64,000 nt of DNA, from contig JBDRBE010000004.1 of NCBI GenBank assembly GCA_043823085.1, forward strand, positions 69,510 through 133,509. Direction: 5' to 3'. This document shows, one piece after another, positions 1 through 10,562 of this stretch. The number at the start of each line of letters is the position of its first letter. The stretch's first letter is position 1. The notes beneath the pieces are model-generated. The model was given only the letters and a program-made list of their open reading frames with translations. It made no database searches and was not told the DNA's origin. A program made the translations under genes and the position numbers. The DNA is from Candidatus Levyibacteriota bacterium. GTDB taxonomy: Bacteria; Patescibacteriota; Microgenomatia; Levybacterales; UBA12049.

Positions 1-1
1 A

Positions 2-874
2 AATGGTGTAAAAAAAGATGCAGATCCACAAAAAGTATTAAAGTCTATTCAGAATGGTTATACAGTTTTAGCGGCAGGAGATATTGGAGATTGTTGGAGT
101 AAAAACACCGCAGCTACAGAGACAGCAAAATTATTAGGTAAATTCCCTGGAATTCCCATATTAACACTTGGGGACAACAGTAATATTGATGGTACAAAAG
201 AAGATTATGAAACATGTTTTGATCCGACTTGGGGAAGATATAAAGATAGGATTTTTCCAAGCGTAGGAAATCACGATTACCATGCAAAAGGTGCGGTTCC
301 TTATTATGAATACTTTGGTGAAAAGGCAGGCGAGCCTGGTAAAGGATATTACAGTTTTAATTTGGGGAATTGGCATCTAATAGCCGTCAATACAGATATT
401 ATTGCAGATCCTTGTTCTGCAACTAGTGATATATGCAAAGGTTTTTTGGAAGAGATGGATTGGCTTAAGAAGGATTTGGAGCAGAATAAAACCGATTGCA
501 CTCTTATTTTCGGACATTATCCAAGATTCAGTTCAGGAATAACTAGCGCTACGATAGGAGTTGACCCTTTATGGAAGCTGGCATATTCCGAAAATGTTGA
601 CTTAATACTTAACGGACATGCTCATGACTATGAACGTTTCGCTCCGCAAGATCCGCAGGGAAACTTAGATTTAAAACGAGGAATTAGAGAGATCGTAGTT
701 GGAACCGGGGGAGCGGATTTAACAGGGTATGGGGATATTGCTAAAAATACCGAAATTATCACTAACCGCGTGCATGGAATTTTAAAATTAATTCTTGGAA
801 AAGGAGAATATGGATGGGAGTTTATATCAGTAGATGGAAGTTTTGTTGATAAAGGACAATCCTCGTGTCATTAG
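2..874 (+). CDS. Calcineurin-like metallophosphoesterase (purple acid phosphatase-like), 5'-truncated by the window edge
   Basis: Frame is open from base 2 into ORF 362..874. Motifs AAGDIG, LGDN, VGNHDY, GHYP, GHAHDYER. Confidence 0.85.
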   Translation, partial: NGVKKDADPQKVLKSIQNGYTVLAAGDIGDCWSKNTAATETAKLLGKFPGIPILTLGDNSNIDGTKEDYETCFDPTWGRYKDRIFPSVGNHDYHAKGAVPYYEYFGEKAGEPGKGYYSFNLGNWHLIAVNTDIIADPCSATSDICKGFLEEMDWLKKDLEQNKTDCTLIFGHYPRFSSGITSATIGVDPLWKLAYSENVDLILNGHAHDYERFAPQDPQGNLDLKRGIREIVVGTGGADLTGYGDIAKNTEIITNRVHGILKLILGKGEYGWEFISVDGSFVDKGQSSCH

Positions 875-933
875 TGGACTTGAGGTTGATGAGTCTCTTG
901 TTTTTTTAATACGTTAATAGTAAAATAACTTTC

Positions 934-2175
934 ATGGCTAACTATAAGAATCTTGCAAAGTGCAGAGTCTGTCATTCAATTAATATTATTCCGGTTGTTA
1001 GAATAAAACCTCAATATATAGCTTCAACATTCGTAAAGACAAATATTAATAATCCTAAAGCAAAAATAAAAATTCCAATGACTTTAATGCTTTGCAAAAA
1101 ATGTGGTCTTGCGCAATTAAAAGAAACAGTTAACCCTGATTTATTATATACAAGTTATTTTTACCGTTCCAATATAAGCAATACTATGAATCGAGATTTG
1201 CGAGATGTTGTGGCAGATGTAATCAGTCGGGTAAAACTTAAAGATAACGATAGAGTATTGGATATTGGATGCAATGATGGACTAATGCTTACATTTTATC
1301 CTGATAATTTGGAAAGAATTGGTATCGATCCTGCTAAAAACATCGATTGGAGTTGGTTGCCAAAAACAATCAAAATTGTTAATGATTATTTTCCAAGTCC
1401 ACAACTTGAAGGAAAGAAATTTAAAATAATTTCCTCAACTGCGATGTTCTACGATTTAGATACACCAAACAAATCAGCACAACAACTTAAAAAATTGCTG
1501 GATAAAGATGGAGTAGTATGCATTCAAGTGAGTTATCTTTACGATACTATTCGCGATATGAACTTTTACGATATTTGCCACGAACATCTTGAATATTATT
1601 CATTAAAAACTCTGTCATATCTTTTGGAAAAGAATGGTTTATCAGTTTTTGATGCTTCGACAAATGCGGTAAACGGCGGGAGTCTTAGAGTTTTAGCAGC
1701 ACACAAAGAAGCAAAAAGAAAGAAATCAGACAATCTTAAATTTTTACAGCTTAGAGAAAAAGTTCTTCAATTAGAAAACCCCGAAACTTATGATACGTTT
1801 TCAAAACTTATTAAATTAAGCGGTCAAAAGGTAAAAAACTATATAGAGCAGCAAAAAGGACTAGTGATTGGGCTAGGAGCATCTACGAAGGGGAATGTTC
1901 TTCTTCAAATATGCGGAATTACTAAAAAGCTTTTGCCTTATATTAGCGAAAGAAACCCAATTAAATTTGGTATGAGAACTTTAGGAACGGATATAGAGTT
2001 AATTCCCGAAGATGAGGCAAGAAAGAAAAAACCAGACTCCATATTTGTGATTCCCTGGAATTTTAAGAATGAAATAATTGACAGAGAAAAAGAATATTTG
2101 CAACAAGGAGGAAAACTATTATTTATTATGCCGTATCCTTATGTTTTAGATAAAAACGGAGAGACGAAGCTTTAA
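934..2175 (+). CDS. NDP-hexose C-methyltransferase (Zn-binding N-terminus, class I SAM)
   Basis: CRVC...CKKC Zn motif, LDIGCNDG, ICHEH, NGGSLR, GASTKG, PWNF. Confidence 0.88.
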   Translation: MANYKNLAKCRVCHSINIIPVVRIKPQYIASTFVKTNINNPKAKIKIPMTLMLCKKCGLAQLKETVNPDLLYTSYFYRSNISNTMNRDLRDVVADVISRVKLKDNDRVLDIGCNDGLMLTFYPDNLERIGIDPAKNIDWSWLPKTIKIVNDYFPSPQLEGKKFKIISSTAMFYDLDTPNKSAQQLKKLLDKDGVVCIQVSYLYDTIRDMNFYDICHEHLEYYSLKTLSYLLEKNGLSVFDASTNAVNGGSLRVLAAHKEAKRKKSDNLKFLQLREKVLQLENPETYDTFSKLIKLSGQKVKNYIEQQKGLVIGLGASTKGNVLLQICGITKKLLPYISERNPIKFGMRTLGTDIELIPEDEARKKKPDSIFVIPWNFKNEIIDREKEYLQQGGKLLFIMPYPYVLDKNGETKL

Positions 2176-2187
2176 AATTCCTCTGCA

Positions 2188-3303
2188 ATGAAAAAATTTC
2201 GCTACAAAAATATCCTCTTATATACAAGTTATCAATGGTGTGGAAATATGGAAGAATATTTCGTCAAAAATACAGAAAAGCTTGCCGCATTTTTACTTAT
2301 GCCGCGTATACAAACGAAAGAAAATATTCTTCGTATTTATGAGAAGGGAAAATTGGTAAAAGTACAACAGACACCGTTATCAGAAAACTTCTTTCTTTAT
2401 TATTTTCTTTGGTATTTCCATTATATTATTGCTATTTTTACGCATTTTCCAAGGAATGAAAAACTTATCGTAATTTCCGCCCATCCATACGTATTTTTTG
2501 CAACAACTTTACAAAAAATTTTTCGAGGCATTGACTTCGTGTACTATATAGCCGATTACTATCCACCAATTAATTTAACAATGAAGCTTTATGAGCGTCT
2601 TAAAAAATTCTATCATAAAGGAATAAAGTATAAGATCTATCTCGGAGACGGAGTAAATAAAATTATGAACGGAAAGGTCTTAAATACAAAAACAATCAAA
2701 ACAATTATGTTAGGGGTTAAACCAAAACATATCGTGAGAGACTTTAAAAAAACAAATCACACCATTCTTTTTGTAGGAGTTGTAAGGCCAAACGTAGGGT
2801 TGGAAATAGTATATGAATTTCTTTCGGAAAACCCACAATATGACCTTAAAATAATTGGCATTTGTGATAAGCAGCTGTATCAAAAACATCAGAAAATAAT
2901 CAATGAATATAGAATTGCCGACAGGGTATACTTTCCAAATAGGTTCTTTTTTGATAACGAGCTCAATGTGATCTCAAAAGAGTGTTTTATTGGGGTAGCA
3001 CTGTACACTATAGATAATACCAGTACAATTTATTATGCAGATCCAGGGAAAGTAAAAACATATACAGAGATGGGGTTGCCCGTAATTATGACAAAAACAT
3101 CAAGCATAGCGGCATATATTAAAGAATACAAGGCGGGTAAGCTGATCGATAGAAATCCGCAATCACTTGCTAAAGGGATAGAAGAGATTGCAAAAAACTA
3201 TAATACATATGTTGCCGGAGTGGATAAGTTGAATAAACATTTTAATTACGAAACTTACTATGAAGAGAAATTTAAGTTTTTAGAAGAAGCTTTTAACCAA
3301 TGA
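2188..3303 (+). CDS. GT4 (GT-B) glycosyltransferase
   Basis: ILFVGVVRPNVG, ADPGKVKTY..MGLPVIMT C-terminal domain. Confidence 0.8.
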   Translation: MKKFRYKNILLYTSYQWCGNMEEYFVKNTEKLAAFLLMPRIQTKENILRIYEKGKLVKVQQTPLSENFFLYYFLWYFHYIIAIFTHFPRNEKLIVISAHPYVFFATTLQKIFRGIDFVYYIADYYPPINLTMKLYERLKKFYHKGIKYKIYLGDGVNKIMNGKVLNTKTIKTIMLGVKPKHIVRDFKKTNHTILFVGVVRPNVGLEIVYEFLSENPQYDLKIIGICDKQLYQKHQKIINEYRIADRVYFPNRFFFDNELNVISKECFIGVALYTIDNTSTIYYADPGKVKTYTEMGLPVIMTKTSSIAAYIKEYKAGKLIDRNPQSLAKGIEEIAKNYNTYVAGVDKLNKHFNYETYYEEKFKFLEEAFNQ

Positions 3304-4289
3304 AAAAGAGTAAAAAAATTAATGCTCCTCCTGTAAGCGTCATTATTCCAATGCGAAATTCTTCAACCACAGTGCTTGAAACATTAAAAAGTATTGTAAG
3401 ACAGAATTATCCGATAAGAGAAATTATTATTGTTGATAATGTTTCAAAAGACAACTCGCGGGAAATTGTTAGGGTATTTGCAAAGAAAAGTCCAATTAGA
3501 ATGCGTTTACTTTTGCAAAAAAAAGATAAGGGAGTGAGCTCTTCGTATAATTGGGGATTAAGAGAAGCAAAGACTCAATTAGTTGTTTTTTTAACATCAG
3601 ACTGTACATTGCCAACACAGGATGAATTGGAAAAATTAGTAAAACCCCTCATAAAAGATCCTTTGGCAGTTGCTTCTTATTCAACGTGTACGCTTCCCCG
3701 GTTTGTATGGGATACCTACAACTTTTGGGAAAAGTTTTTTTCAGCCAGAATGGTTGACAATATTTCTTCAGGGATGGTATTAAAGTTTGACTGTGTTAAA
3801 AAATTATCATTTTTATCCATTGGCGGCTTTGATGAAATAAATTTCGGTGGAGATAGCGCAATTGGAGGAGAAGATGCAGATCTTTCTACAAGACTACGAA
3901 AAATAGGAAAGATCGTTCGGAGCAAAGCACACTCTTTCCATCTTCATTACAAAGGACTTGACTATAATTTATTCAATATGGCAAGGAGTAGAAAGATGTA
4001 TGCTCGTTCGCAGGGTAGATTTTTACGAAAATGGGGATTAAGTATTAAAGATGCGTGTTTTGCTTTTTTACCGCGGCCGCTTATAGCAATATCTGGAATT
4101 TTTATAGTCGGACTGCCAATGCTTGTTCTGTATTCTTTTTTATATACTCCCAGAATGTTTACTACACGCGAAACCCTTTTAAACCCCCGAATTATAACAA
4201 TCCCATTTCTCAATATCGCTTTTCTTTACTATGAACTATATTGGCTGATAAGAGCATTCCTTTCTTATAAGAAAAAAGCTATAATATAA
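3300..4289 (+). CDS. GT2 glycosyltransferase with C-terminal TM helices
   Basis: VSVIIPMRN, IIIVDNVSKD, GGFDE...GEDADL. Confidence 0.88.
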   Translation: MKKSKKINAPPVSVIIPMRNSSTTVLETLKSIVRQNYPIREIIIVDNVSKDNSREIVRVFAKKSPIRMRLLLQKKDKGVSSSYNWGLREAKTQLVVFLTSDCTLPTQDELEKLVKPLIKDPLAVASYSTCTLPRFVWDTYNFWEKFFSARMVDNISSGMVLKFDCVKKLSFLSIGGFDEINFGGDSAIGGEDADLSTRLRKIGKIVRSKAHSFHLHYKGLDYNLFNMARSRKMYARSQGRFLRKWGLSIKDACFAFLPRPLIAISGIFIVGLPMLVLYSFLYTPRMFTTRETLLNPRIITIPFLNIAFLYYELYWLIRAFLSYKKKAII

Positions 4290-4291
4290 AC

Positions 4292-5068
4292 ATGAAAACA
4301 ATTATATTGTGCGGGGGAACAGGTTATCGGTTGAAAGAAGAAACCGAATTTAAGCCAAAACCAATGGTTTATGTTGGTAATCATCCAATTCTTTGGCACA
4401 TAATGAAGACGTATGCCCATTATGGTTACAATGAGTTTATTTTAGCACTAGGGTATAAAGCAGATTATATTAAAGATTTTTTTCTTAATCAAAAGGCATT
4501 CTCGTCAGATTTTTCTTTAGATACGAAAGATCACAAAGTCAAATATTTCCTTGAAAATAGAAGTGAAATAGACAATTTTAAAATTACCTTTGTCGATACC
4601 GGTCTGGGGACTCAAGTCGGAGAAAGAATTCTTAAATGTAAAAAATATATCCCCGAAAACGATTCTTATTTTATGGTAACTTATGGCGATGGGGTAAGTA
4701 ATATCAATATAGAAAAATTAGTAGATTTTCATAAAAAGCAGAAGACAATAGGTACAATTACTGGAATTCATCCGCATTCAAGGTTTGGGTCAATTATTGC
4801 AGATAATAACAATTTAATACGTGAATTTTCCGAAAAACCGGTTATGAACGATTGGATAAATGGAGGATACATGGTATTTAATAAGAACTTTTTTCAATAT
4901 CTTAAAGAAGGTGAAATGGAGCATCCGGGACTTACAAGACTTACTAAAAAAAAGCAGCTTTCCGTATTTAAGCATGAAGGTTTTTGGTATTCGGTAGATA
5001 CCAATAAAGAACTTGAAGAGTTAAATAAGATGTGGAATCAAGGAAACCCACTCTGGAAAATATGGTAG
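4292..5068 (+). CDS. rfbF: Glucose-1-phosphate cytidylyltransferase
   Basis: ILCGGTGYRLKEETEFKPKPMV, TYGDGV, WINGG, HEGFW. Confidence 0.88.
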   Translation: MKTIILCGGTGYRLKEETEFKPKPMVYVGNHPILWHIMKTYAHYGYNEFILALGYKADYIKDFFLNQKAFSSDFSLDTKDHKVKYFLENRSEIDNFKITFVDTGLGTQVGERILKCKKYIPENDSYFMVTYGDGVSNINIEKLVDFHKKQKTIGTITGIHPHSRFGSIIADNNNLIREFSEKPVMNDWINGGYMVFNKNFFQYLKEGEMEHPGLTRLTKKKQLSVFKHEGFWYSVDTNKELEELNKMWNQGNPLWKIW

Positions 5069-6201
5069 ATAATAAAAAAAGCGGTGTAGAAAATAAAGAT
5101 ATTGAATACATCCATGAAAAAGCAAAACAGGAATTTGAAAAACTTTCAGGCAGTAAACTGCTTTTGACGGGCGCTGGTGGTTTCTTAGGATATTACTTTA
5201 TTAAGTCAATTCTTGCATGGAATAAAAATAATCCTGATAAATTAATACAGCTTATAGCCTTAAGTAATTTTAGAAACGGTATTCCGCAATGGCTTGATTC
5301 TTTAAAAGGATGGGAAGATTTTAAAATCATTCAAAAAAATATTGTAAAATACTCACTTCCTAAAAGTTCAACGTTTGATTATATTATCCATGCTGCATCA
5401 ATAGCTTCTCCAACTTTTTACCGTTTATTCCCAATTGAAACAATTAATGCAAATGTGCAAGGTTTATATAAAATATTAGACTACATGGTTTTAAGAAAAA
5501 AAACCAGGCAGCCGGTAAAGGGTTTGTTATTTTTTTCTTCAAGCGAAATATACGGAGATCCAAGCGAGGGAGATATTCCAACTCCAGAAACCTATCGCGG
5601 TACTGTTTCATGTACAGGGCCAAGAGCTTGTTATGACGAGTCAAAAAGATTTTGTGAGACGCTATGCGTGAACTATGTAAAAGTTCACAGCCTTCCTATA
5701 AAAGTTGCGCGTCCATTCAATAATTATGGACCTGGAATGAAGATTACAGATGGGAGAGTGATTGCTGATTTTGCAAAAAATATTTTGGAAAATAAAGATA
5801 TTGTTATGTTTTCCGATGGTAGTCCATCAAGAACTTTTTGTTACGTTGCCGATGCAATTGTCGGTTACTTAAAAATTCTCGTACAGGGAAAAAATGGCCA
5901 AGCATATAATATTGGAGTTAAAAAACCGGAAGTATCAATGAAAACTTTAGCCGAAAAAATGGTAAAAATAGGAAGAGAAGATTTCAAATTTACGAAAAAA
6001 ATAATTCTTCAAAAAAGTAAGGACAAGAATTATCTGACAGATAATCCCAATCGCCGTTGTCCGGTAATTGATAAGGCAAGAAAAGAAATAGGATATGACC
6101 CGGAAATTTCTCTTGATGATGGCTTGCAAAGAGTTATGCATTGGTATCATGAGAGATATTTTAAAAATCAAAAATCAAAAATCAAAAATCAAAAGCAATG
6201 A
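5062..6201 (+). CDS. NAD-dependent UDP-glucuronate decarboxylase-like SDR (UXS/ArnA C-terminal type)
   Basis: TGAGGFLG, HAASIASP, SSSEIYGDP, GPRACYDESKR, RPFNNYGP, P.RRCP.I. Start moved to ATG 5062. Confidence 0.82.
   Translation: MVDNKKSGVENKDIEYIHEKAKQEFEKLSGSKLLLTGAGGFLGYYFIKSILAWNKNNPDKLIQLIALSNFRNGIPQWLDSLKGWEDFKIIQKNIVKYSLPKSSTFDYIIHAASIASPTFYRLFPIETINANVQGLYKILDYMVLRKKTRQPVKGLLFFSSSEIYGDPSEGDIPTPETYRGTVSCTGPRACYDESKRFCETLCVNYVKVHSLPIKVARPFNNYGPGMKITDGRVIADFAKNILENKDIVMFSDGSPSRTFCYVADAIVGYLKILVQGKNGQAYNIGVKKPEVSMKTLAEKMVKIGREDFKFTKKIILQKSKDKNYLTDNPNRRCPVIDKARKEIGYDPEISLDDGLQRVMHWYHERYFKNQKSKIKNQKQ
6163..6194 (+). repeat. (AAAAATC)x4 heptamer array forming the C-terminus of the SDR
   Basis: aaaaatc x4 then aaaa; encodes KNQKSKIKNQK. 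Confidence 0.95.
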
Positions 6202-7553
6202 AAATAGCTGTTATTGGTACAGGTTATGTGGGTTTGGTAACTGGAGTTTCGATGAGCTTACTAGGCCATAAGGTGTTTTGTGTTGGAAGAGACAAGGGAA
6301 AAATAAAAAAGATCAATAACGGTTTTACCCCTTTTTATGAACCGGGACTAGATGAGCTTTTAAAAAAAACGCTATCTGGTAAATTGTTTGAGGCAACAGA
6401 TGATTTTAAAAAAGCACTTTTAAATGCCGAGGTAATTATTATTGCAGTCGGTACTCCAACTGTCGAAAATAAAATAGATCTTTCGGCAATTAAAGAAGTA
6501 TCAAGGCAAATCGGTAAAGAATTAAAAAACAGCAAAGAATACCAGATTGTAGTTGTTAAATCTACCGTTGTTCCAACAACAACCCAGAAGGTTGTTTTGC
6601 CCATTCTTGAAAAATATTCAGATAAAAAGATCGGAGAATTTGGTCTTTGTATGAGTCCTGAGTTTTTGCGGGAAGGAAATGCAGTCGAAGATGCAACAAA
6701 TCCCGATCGTATTGTGATAGGTCAGTTTGATAGAAAAAGTGGTAAACAATTTGCAAAGGTTTATACAAAAGTTTTATGTCCTAAAGTCTTCACTAATTTG
6801 GCAACTGCAGAAATGACAAAATATGCAGCCAATGCATTACTTGCAACACTGATTAGTTATTCAAATGAAATTGCTCGGATAGCACAAGAGACCGAAGGAG
6901 TAGATGTTATTGATGTTTGGAAAGGTGTTCATCTTGATTCAAGACTAACTCCAAGAATTAATAATAAAATTGTTATACCCGGCATTATCAATTATATACT
7001 TTCGGGCTGCGGATATGGAGGAAGTTGTTTTCCAAAAGATACAAAAGCATTGGCGGCATATGCAAAAGGAATTGGCGTCAAAGCAGAACTTATTAATAGT
7101 GTTATAAATATTAACCAGACTCAACCGTCCCGGATGGTTTTTCTTTTAAAACAAGCCTTAGGAAATTTAAAGAATAAAAAAATTGCTGTTTTAGGATTAA
7201 CGTTTAAACCAAATACAGACGATCTTCGCGAGTCGCCATCAATTTTTGTTATAAAAGAGCTTTTCAAAGAGGGAGCGGAAGTTGTTTGTCAAGATCCTGT
7301 CATTGATAACCCTAATAAATTAGAATTAGGAGATTTTAAAGTAACGCTTGCAAAGTCGGCGGATGAGGCATTGAAAAATGCGGACGGTGCGTTAATAATG
7401 ACTGCATGGAATGAATATAAAAAACTTAACCCATCAGTTTTTAAAAACCTTATGAAAACCCCAGTTGTTATTGATGGAAGACGTATATTTTCTCCTGATA
7501 GCTTTCTCCAAGCAGGAATTTTATATAAAGGAATAGGATATTGCGGGAATTAA
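6198..7553 (+). CDS. ugd: UDP-glucose 6-dehydrogenase family
   Basis: IGTGYVG, AVGTP, KSTV, PEFLREG, GYGGSCFPKD, FKPNTDDLRESP. Confidence 0.93.
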   Translation: MKIAVIGTGYVGLVTGVSMSLLGHKVFCVGRDKGKIKKINNGFTPFYEPGLDELLKKTLSGKLFEATDDFKKALLNAEVIIIAVGTPTVENKIDLSAIKEVSRQIGKELKNSKEYQIVVVKSTVVPTTTQKVVLPILEKYSDKKIGEFGLCMSPEFLREGNAVEDATNPDRIVIGQFDRKSGKQFAKVYTKVLCPKVFTNLATAEMTKYAANALLATLISYSNEIARIAQETEGVDVIDVWKGVHLDSRLTPRINNKIVIPGIINYILSGCGYGGSCFPKDTKALAAYAKGIGVKAELINSVININQTQPSRMVFLLKQALGNLKNKKIAVLGLTFKPNTDDLRESPSIFVIKELFKEGAEVVCQDPVIDNPNKLELGDFKVTLAKSADEALKNADGALIMTAWNEYKKLNPSVFKNLMKTPVVIDGRRIFSPDSFLQAGILYKGIGYCGN

Positions 7554-7565
7554 TTTATTAATTTT

Positions 7566-8420
7566 ATGAAATTGCTGGATTTAACTATTTCTGCTTTAAA
7601 AAATGCCTATGAGGTTCATGAAAAATTAGGCAAAAACGGTTTAGAAAAACTAAAAAAAAATAGATTTGGAGAAACGGCTTTGAGAGGTGATTTCCAGGCA
7701 GAGGAGGCAGTTCTAAACGTTTTGAGAGTAAAGAAGGTACCAATTAGAGTAATATCGGAAGAGCATGGTGTAGTTGATATCGTTAAAAATCCTGTTTTAC
7801 TTGGTATTCTTGATGGGCTAGATGGTTCAAATAGATATGAAGCCTATTGGAAAGGCGATAAAAATGCACGTTACGGAACAATGTTTGCGATATTTGACAG
7901 TATTAACCCGCGTTACGAGGATTATTTAACAAGCGGCATAATGGAACATCCAACAAAGAGATTATTTATTGCCGCTAAAGGAAGAGGAGCTTTTTTAGTT
8001 AGTTTAACTAATAGTGCTAAATCTGGAATTGAAGTTTCGAAAGAAACAGATTTTAGCAATAAGACAAAGGTTGAAATAGACGCTTATGAAAAAGCGGCGC
8101 ATTTTCCTTTTATAAAAAGAGTATTTATTGAGAGATTACCTAAAGGAATAAATTTTAAATGTTTATTGTCAACGGCTGTCCATTATGCTGATTTGGCATC
8201 CGGCGCGGCAGATATTGTTTTAGAATGTACATATAAAGGAAATTTGGAGAGCGCAGTTGCCTACGGGTTGGTTACCGAAGCAGGAGGTGTAATGGTAGAT
8301 ATTAATGGGGAAAGTTTTTCTAAGAAACGTTATTTAGAATTCGGACAGAAAGAACATGTCCCAATTATAACTGCAGCAACGAAAGAACTGGCAGACAGTT
8401 TTATTAAAACTATTAGCTAA
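7566..8420 (+). CDS. Inositol monophosphatase / FBPase-like (FIG superfamily) phosphatase
   Basis: SEEHG, LDGLDGS, AAKGRGAF, EAGG motifs. Confidence 0.8.
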   Translation: MKLLDLTISALKNAYEVHEKLGKNGLEKLKKNRFGETALRGDFQAEEAVLNVLRVKKVPIRVISEEHGVVDIVKNPVLLGILDGLDGSNRYEAYWKGDKNARYGTMFAIFDSINPRYEDYLTSGIMEHPTKRLFIAAKGRGAFLVSLTNSAKSGIEVSKETDFSNKTKVEIDAYEKAAHFPFIKRVFIERLPKGINFKCLLSTAVHYADLASGAADIVLECTYKGNLESAVAYGLVTEAGGVMVDINGESFSKKRYLEFGQKEHVPIITAATKELADSFIKTIS

Positions 8421-8428
8421 TATTTACC

Positions 8429-9316
8429 ATGACTGATTATCAAGAAGGAGCTAAAGCTTTTCAAAAAGAAGTATCAGGAGAGAGAACAAACAGTGTTTAT
8501 GCATATGCGATTGGAAGAAACCCGGAAATTAAAAATACTCCATCAGATAATTTCAAGGGAATTATTTCAAGCACATTAAAAATAATAGATACTCTTGAAG
8601 AATTTGGAGAAGAAACAGCGCATAATTTAACAATTCCGCGTGCAATTGCAGATGAAATTGGATTAATATGGGATTTTTCCGGACCGGGAACTTACGATAA
8701 ACCTTTTAAAGAGGATCGATACAAAGATCTTCCGTGGTCAAAATCGATGGATCAAAAGCGTTTAAGCCATACAGCTGTTTTGGAAAGAGCAATTGTTGAA
8801 TCGATAAAAGGAAATAGTTTTAGAGGATCGCTTGAAAATATCGTTGAAACGAAACACAGATTAAAAAAAGCCATAGGAGAAGTTGGGCCATATATATTAT
8901 ATAACGGTATACCAGAAGAAAATAGTGTAGTGAAGGATGTTCTTTCGCGTGAAGGAGTTGTAATTCCGGCGGATAAAGTAATTATTCCAAATTTTAAAAT
9001 TGATAATACACTTGATCAAGTAAAATCATTCGAATGGCCAAAACACGTTGAAAAGGGTAAGGCAATCGCTCTTGTTTCACATGCTCCTCATCTGGCTCGA
9101 ATAATTGGGCTTATAAATTATTTTAACCCTTTTTCAAAAGGAACAAAAATATACCTTTTTCCTTTACCGACTCCTCAAGAAGGAAGAGAAGAGTATGCGA
9201 AGATGGAAATTAGCGGACTTTTACATAATATGTTTGACTTAGAAAAATCAAACTTAATGCCTGCATACGAATATATGATTGGTGAAAAAAAATTGCAATT
9301 TTCCAAAGAACCGTAA
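8429..9316 (+). CDS. Hypothetical protein, weakly YdcF/DUF218-like
   Basis: NTLDQ...LVSHAPHLAR resembles the DUF218 core; otherwise unrecognised. Confidence 0.45.
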   Translation: MTDYQEGAKAFQKEVSGERTNSVYAYAIGRNPEIKNTPSDNFKGIISSTLKIIDTLEEFGEETAHNLTIPRAIADEIGLIWDFSGPGTYDKPFKEDRYKDLPWSKSMDQKRLSHTAVLERAIVESIKGNSFRGSLENIVETKHRLKKAIGEVGPYILYNGIPEENSVVKDVLSREGVVIPADKVIIPNFKIDNTLDQVKSFEWPKHVEKGKAIALVSHAPHLARIIGLINYFNPFSKGTKIYLFPLPTPQEGREEYAKMEISGLLHNMFDLEKSNLMPAYEYMIGEKKLQFSKEP

Positions 9317-9331
9317 AAATATTTTTTTCTT

Positions 9332-10541
9332 ATGACAAAATGCAGAGTATGCAATACAATAATCCAAAAATTTTTTTCCTTAGGCAAGATGCCTTTTGTT
9401 AATGCTTTTTTGGAGAAGAGTGAAATAGAAGAAGAAAAAAAAAATTGATCTATCTATTGGTTTTTGCCCAAACTGCTATTTGGTCCAATTAATAAAAACA
9501 GTCGATCCAAAAGATCTTTTTACTAATTACCTTTACTTTTCTTCGGTCACAAAATCAATAGTAGATCATAGTAAAAAAACTTCAGCCTGTTTTATAGACA
9601 GATTCAAATTAAACCATTGTAATCTCGTTCTTGAAATTGGAAGCAACGATGGCGTTAATCTGCAATTCTATAAAGAAAAAGGGATGAACGTCCTGGGAAT
9701 TGACCCTGCAAAAAATATTGCAGAAATAGCCAATAAAAAAGGGATAAAAACAATTCCCGAGTTTTTTAACTTGGAATTGGCGAAAAAATTATCTTCGCAA
9801 GGGCTAAAAGCAGACTTGATTTATGGAGCTAATGTTTTTGCTCATGTTCCAAACATCGTAGATTTTGTAAAAGGTGTAAAAACTATCTTAAAAGATAACG
9901 GGACTTGCGTGTTTGAATTTCCTTATCTCAAGGGTTTACTTGAGAATAAATTTGACACTATTTATCATGAACATGTTTTTTATTATTCACTTATAGCATT
10001 AAAGAATTTATTTAATAAGGTAGATTTGGGAATATACGATGTTGAACAAATTCCAATGCAAGGTGGTTCACTTCGAATATTTATATCTCACAAAAAAAGG
10101 TTTAATGTTTCCCAAAATGTAAAAAAACTGCAGGAAAAAGAAATAAAAGAAAAATACAATAAGCTGGAAAGATATATGAAAATGGCAGAGGATGTTAATA
10201 ATTTAAAAAAAGAAACTATTAAATTTCTTAAAGATTTAAAAAGTAAAAATAAAAGTATCGCTGGGTATGGCGCTCCGGCAAAAGGAATAATTCTTCTTAA
10301 TTTTTTTAAAATAAGTAGATATCTTAACTATATTGTTGATAAATCTCCTGTAAAGCAAAATAAATATGTTCCGGGCATTCATTTTTTAATTTATTCTCCA
10401 TCCAAAATTAGGCAAGAAATACCCGACTACCTTTTTATTTTTCCGTGGAACATAAAAAGTGAGATATTGTCGGAATACTCCTGGTTTAAAAAACAAGGAG
10501 GAAAGTTTATTATTCCAATTCCCAGGCTACAAGTAATTTAA
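9332..10541 (+). pseudogene. Second NDP-sugar C-methyltransferase, frameshifted at an A10 tract (9435-9444)
   Basis: ATG 9332 gives MTKCRVC..LGKMP.VNAFL..EEEKK then stop. Removing one A gives KKIDLSIGFCPNCYLVQL, continuous with ORF 9480..10541 (EIGSNDG, IYHEH, GYGAPAKG). Confidence 0.85.
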
Positions 10542-10562
10542 CATGACACCTTTGTTAGAAAA

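Noticed and set aside
876-907. Rho-independent terminator after the phosphoesterase gene
   Set aside because: A T-run is present but the stem is short and imperfect.
7652-7660. Other A/T homopolymers of 8-9 nt as phase-variation sites
   Set aside because: Common at this AT content and all in intact frames.
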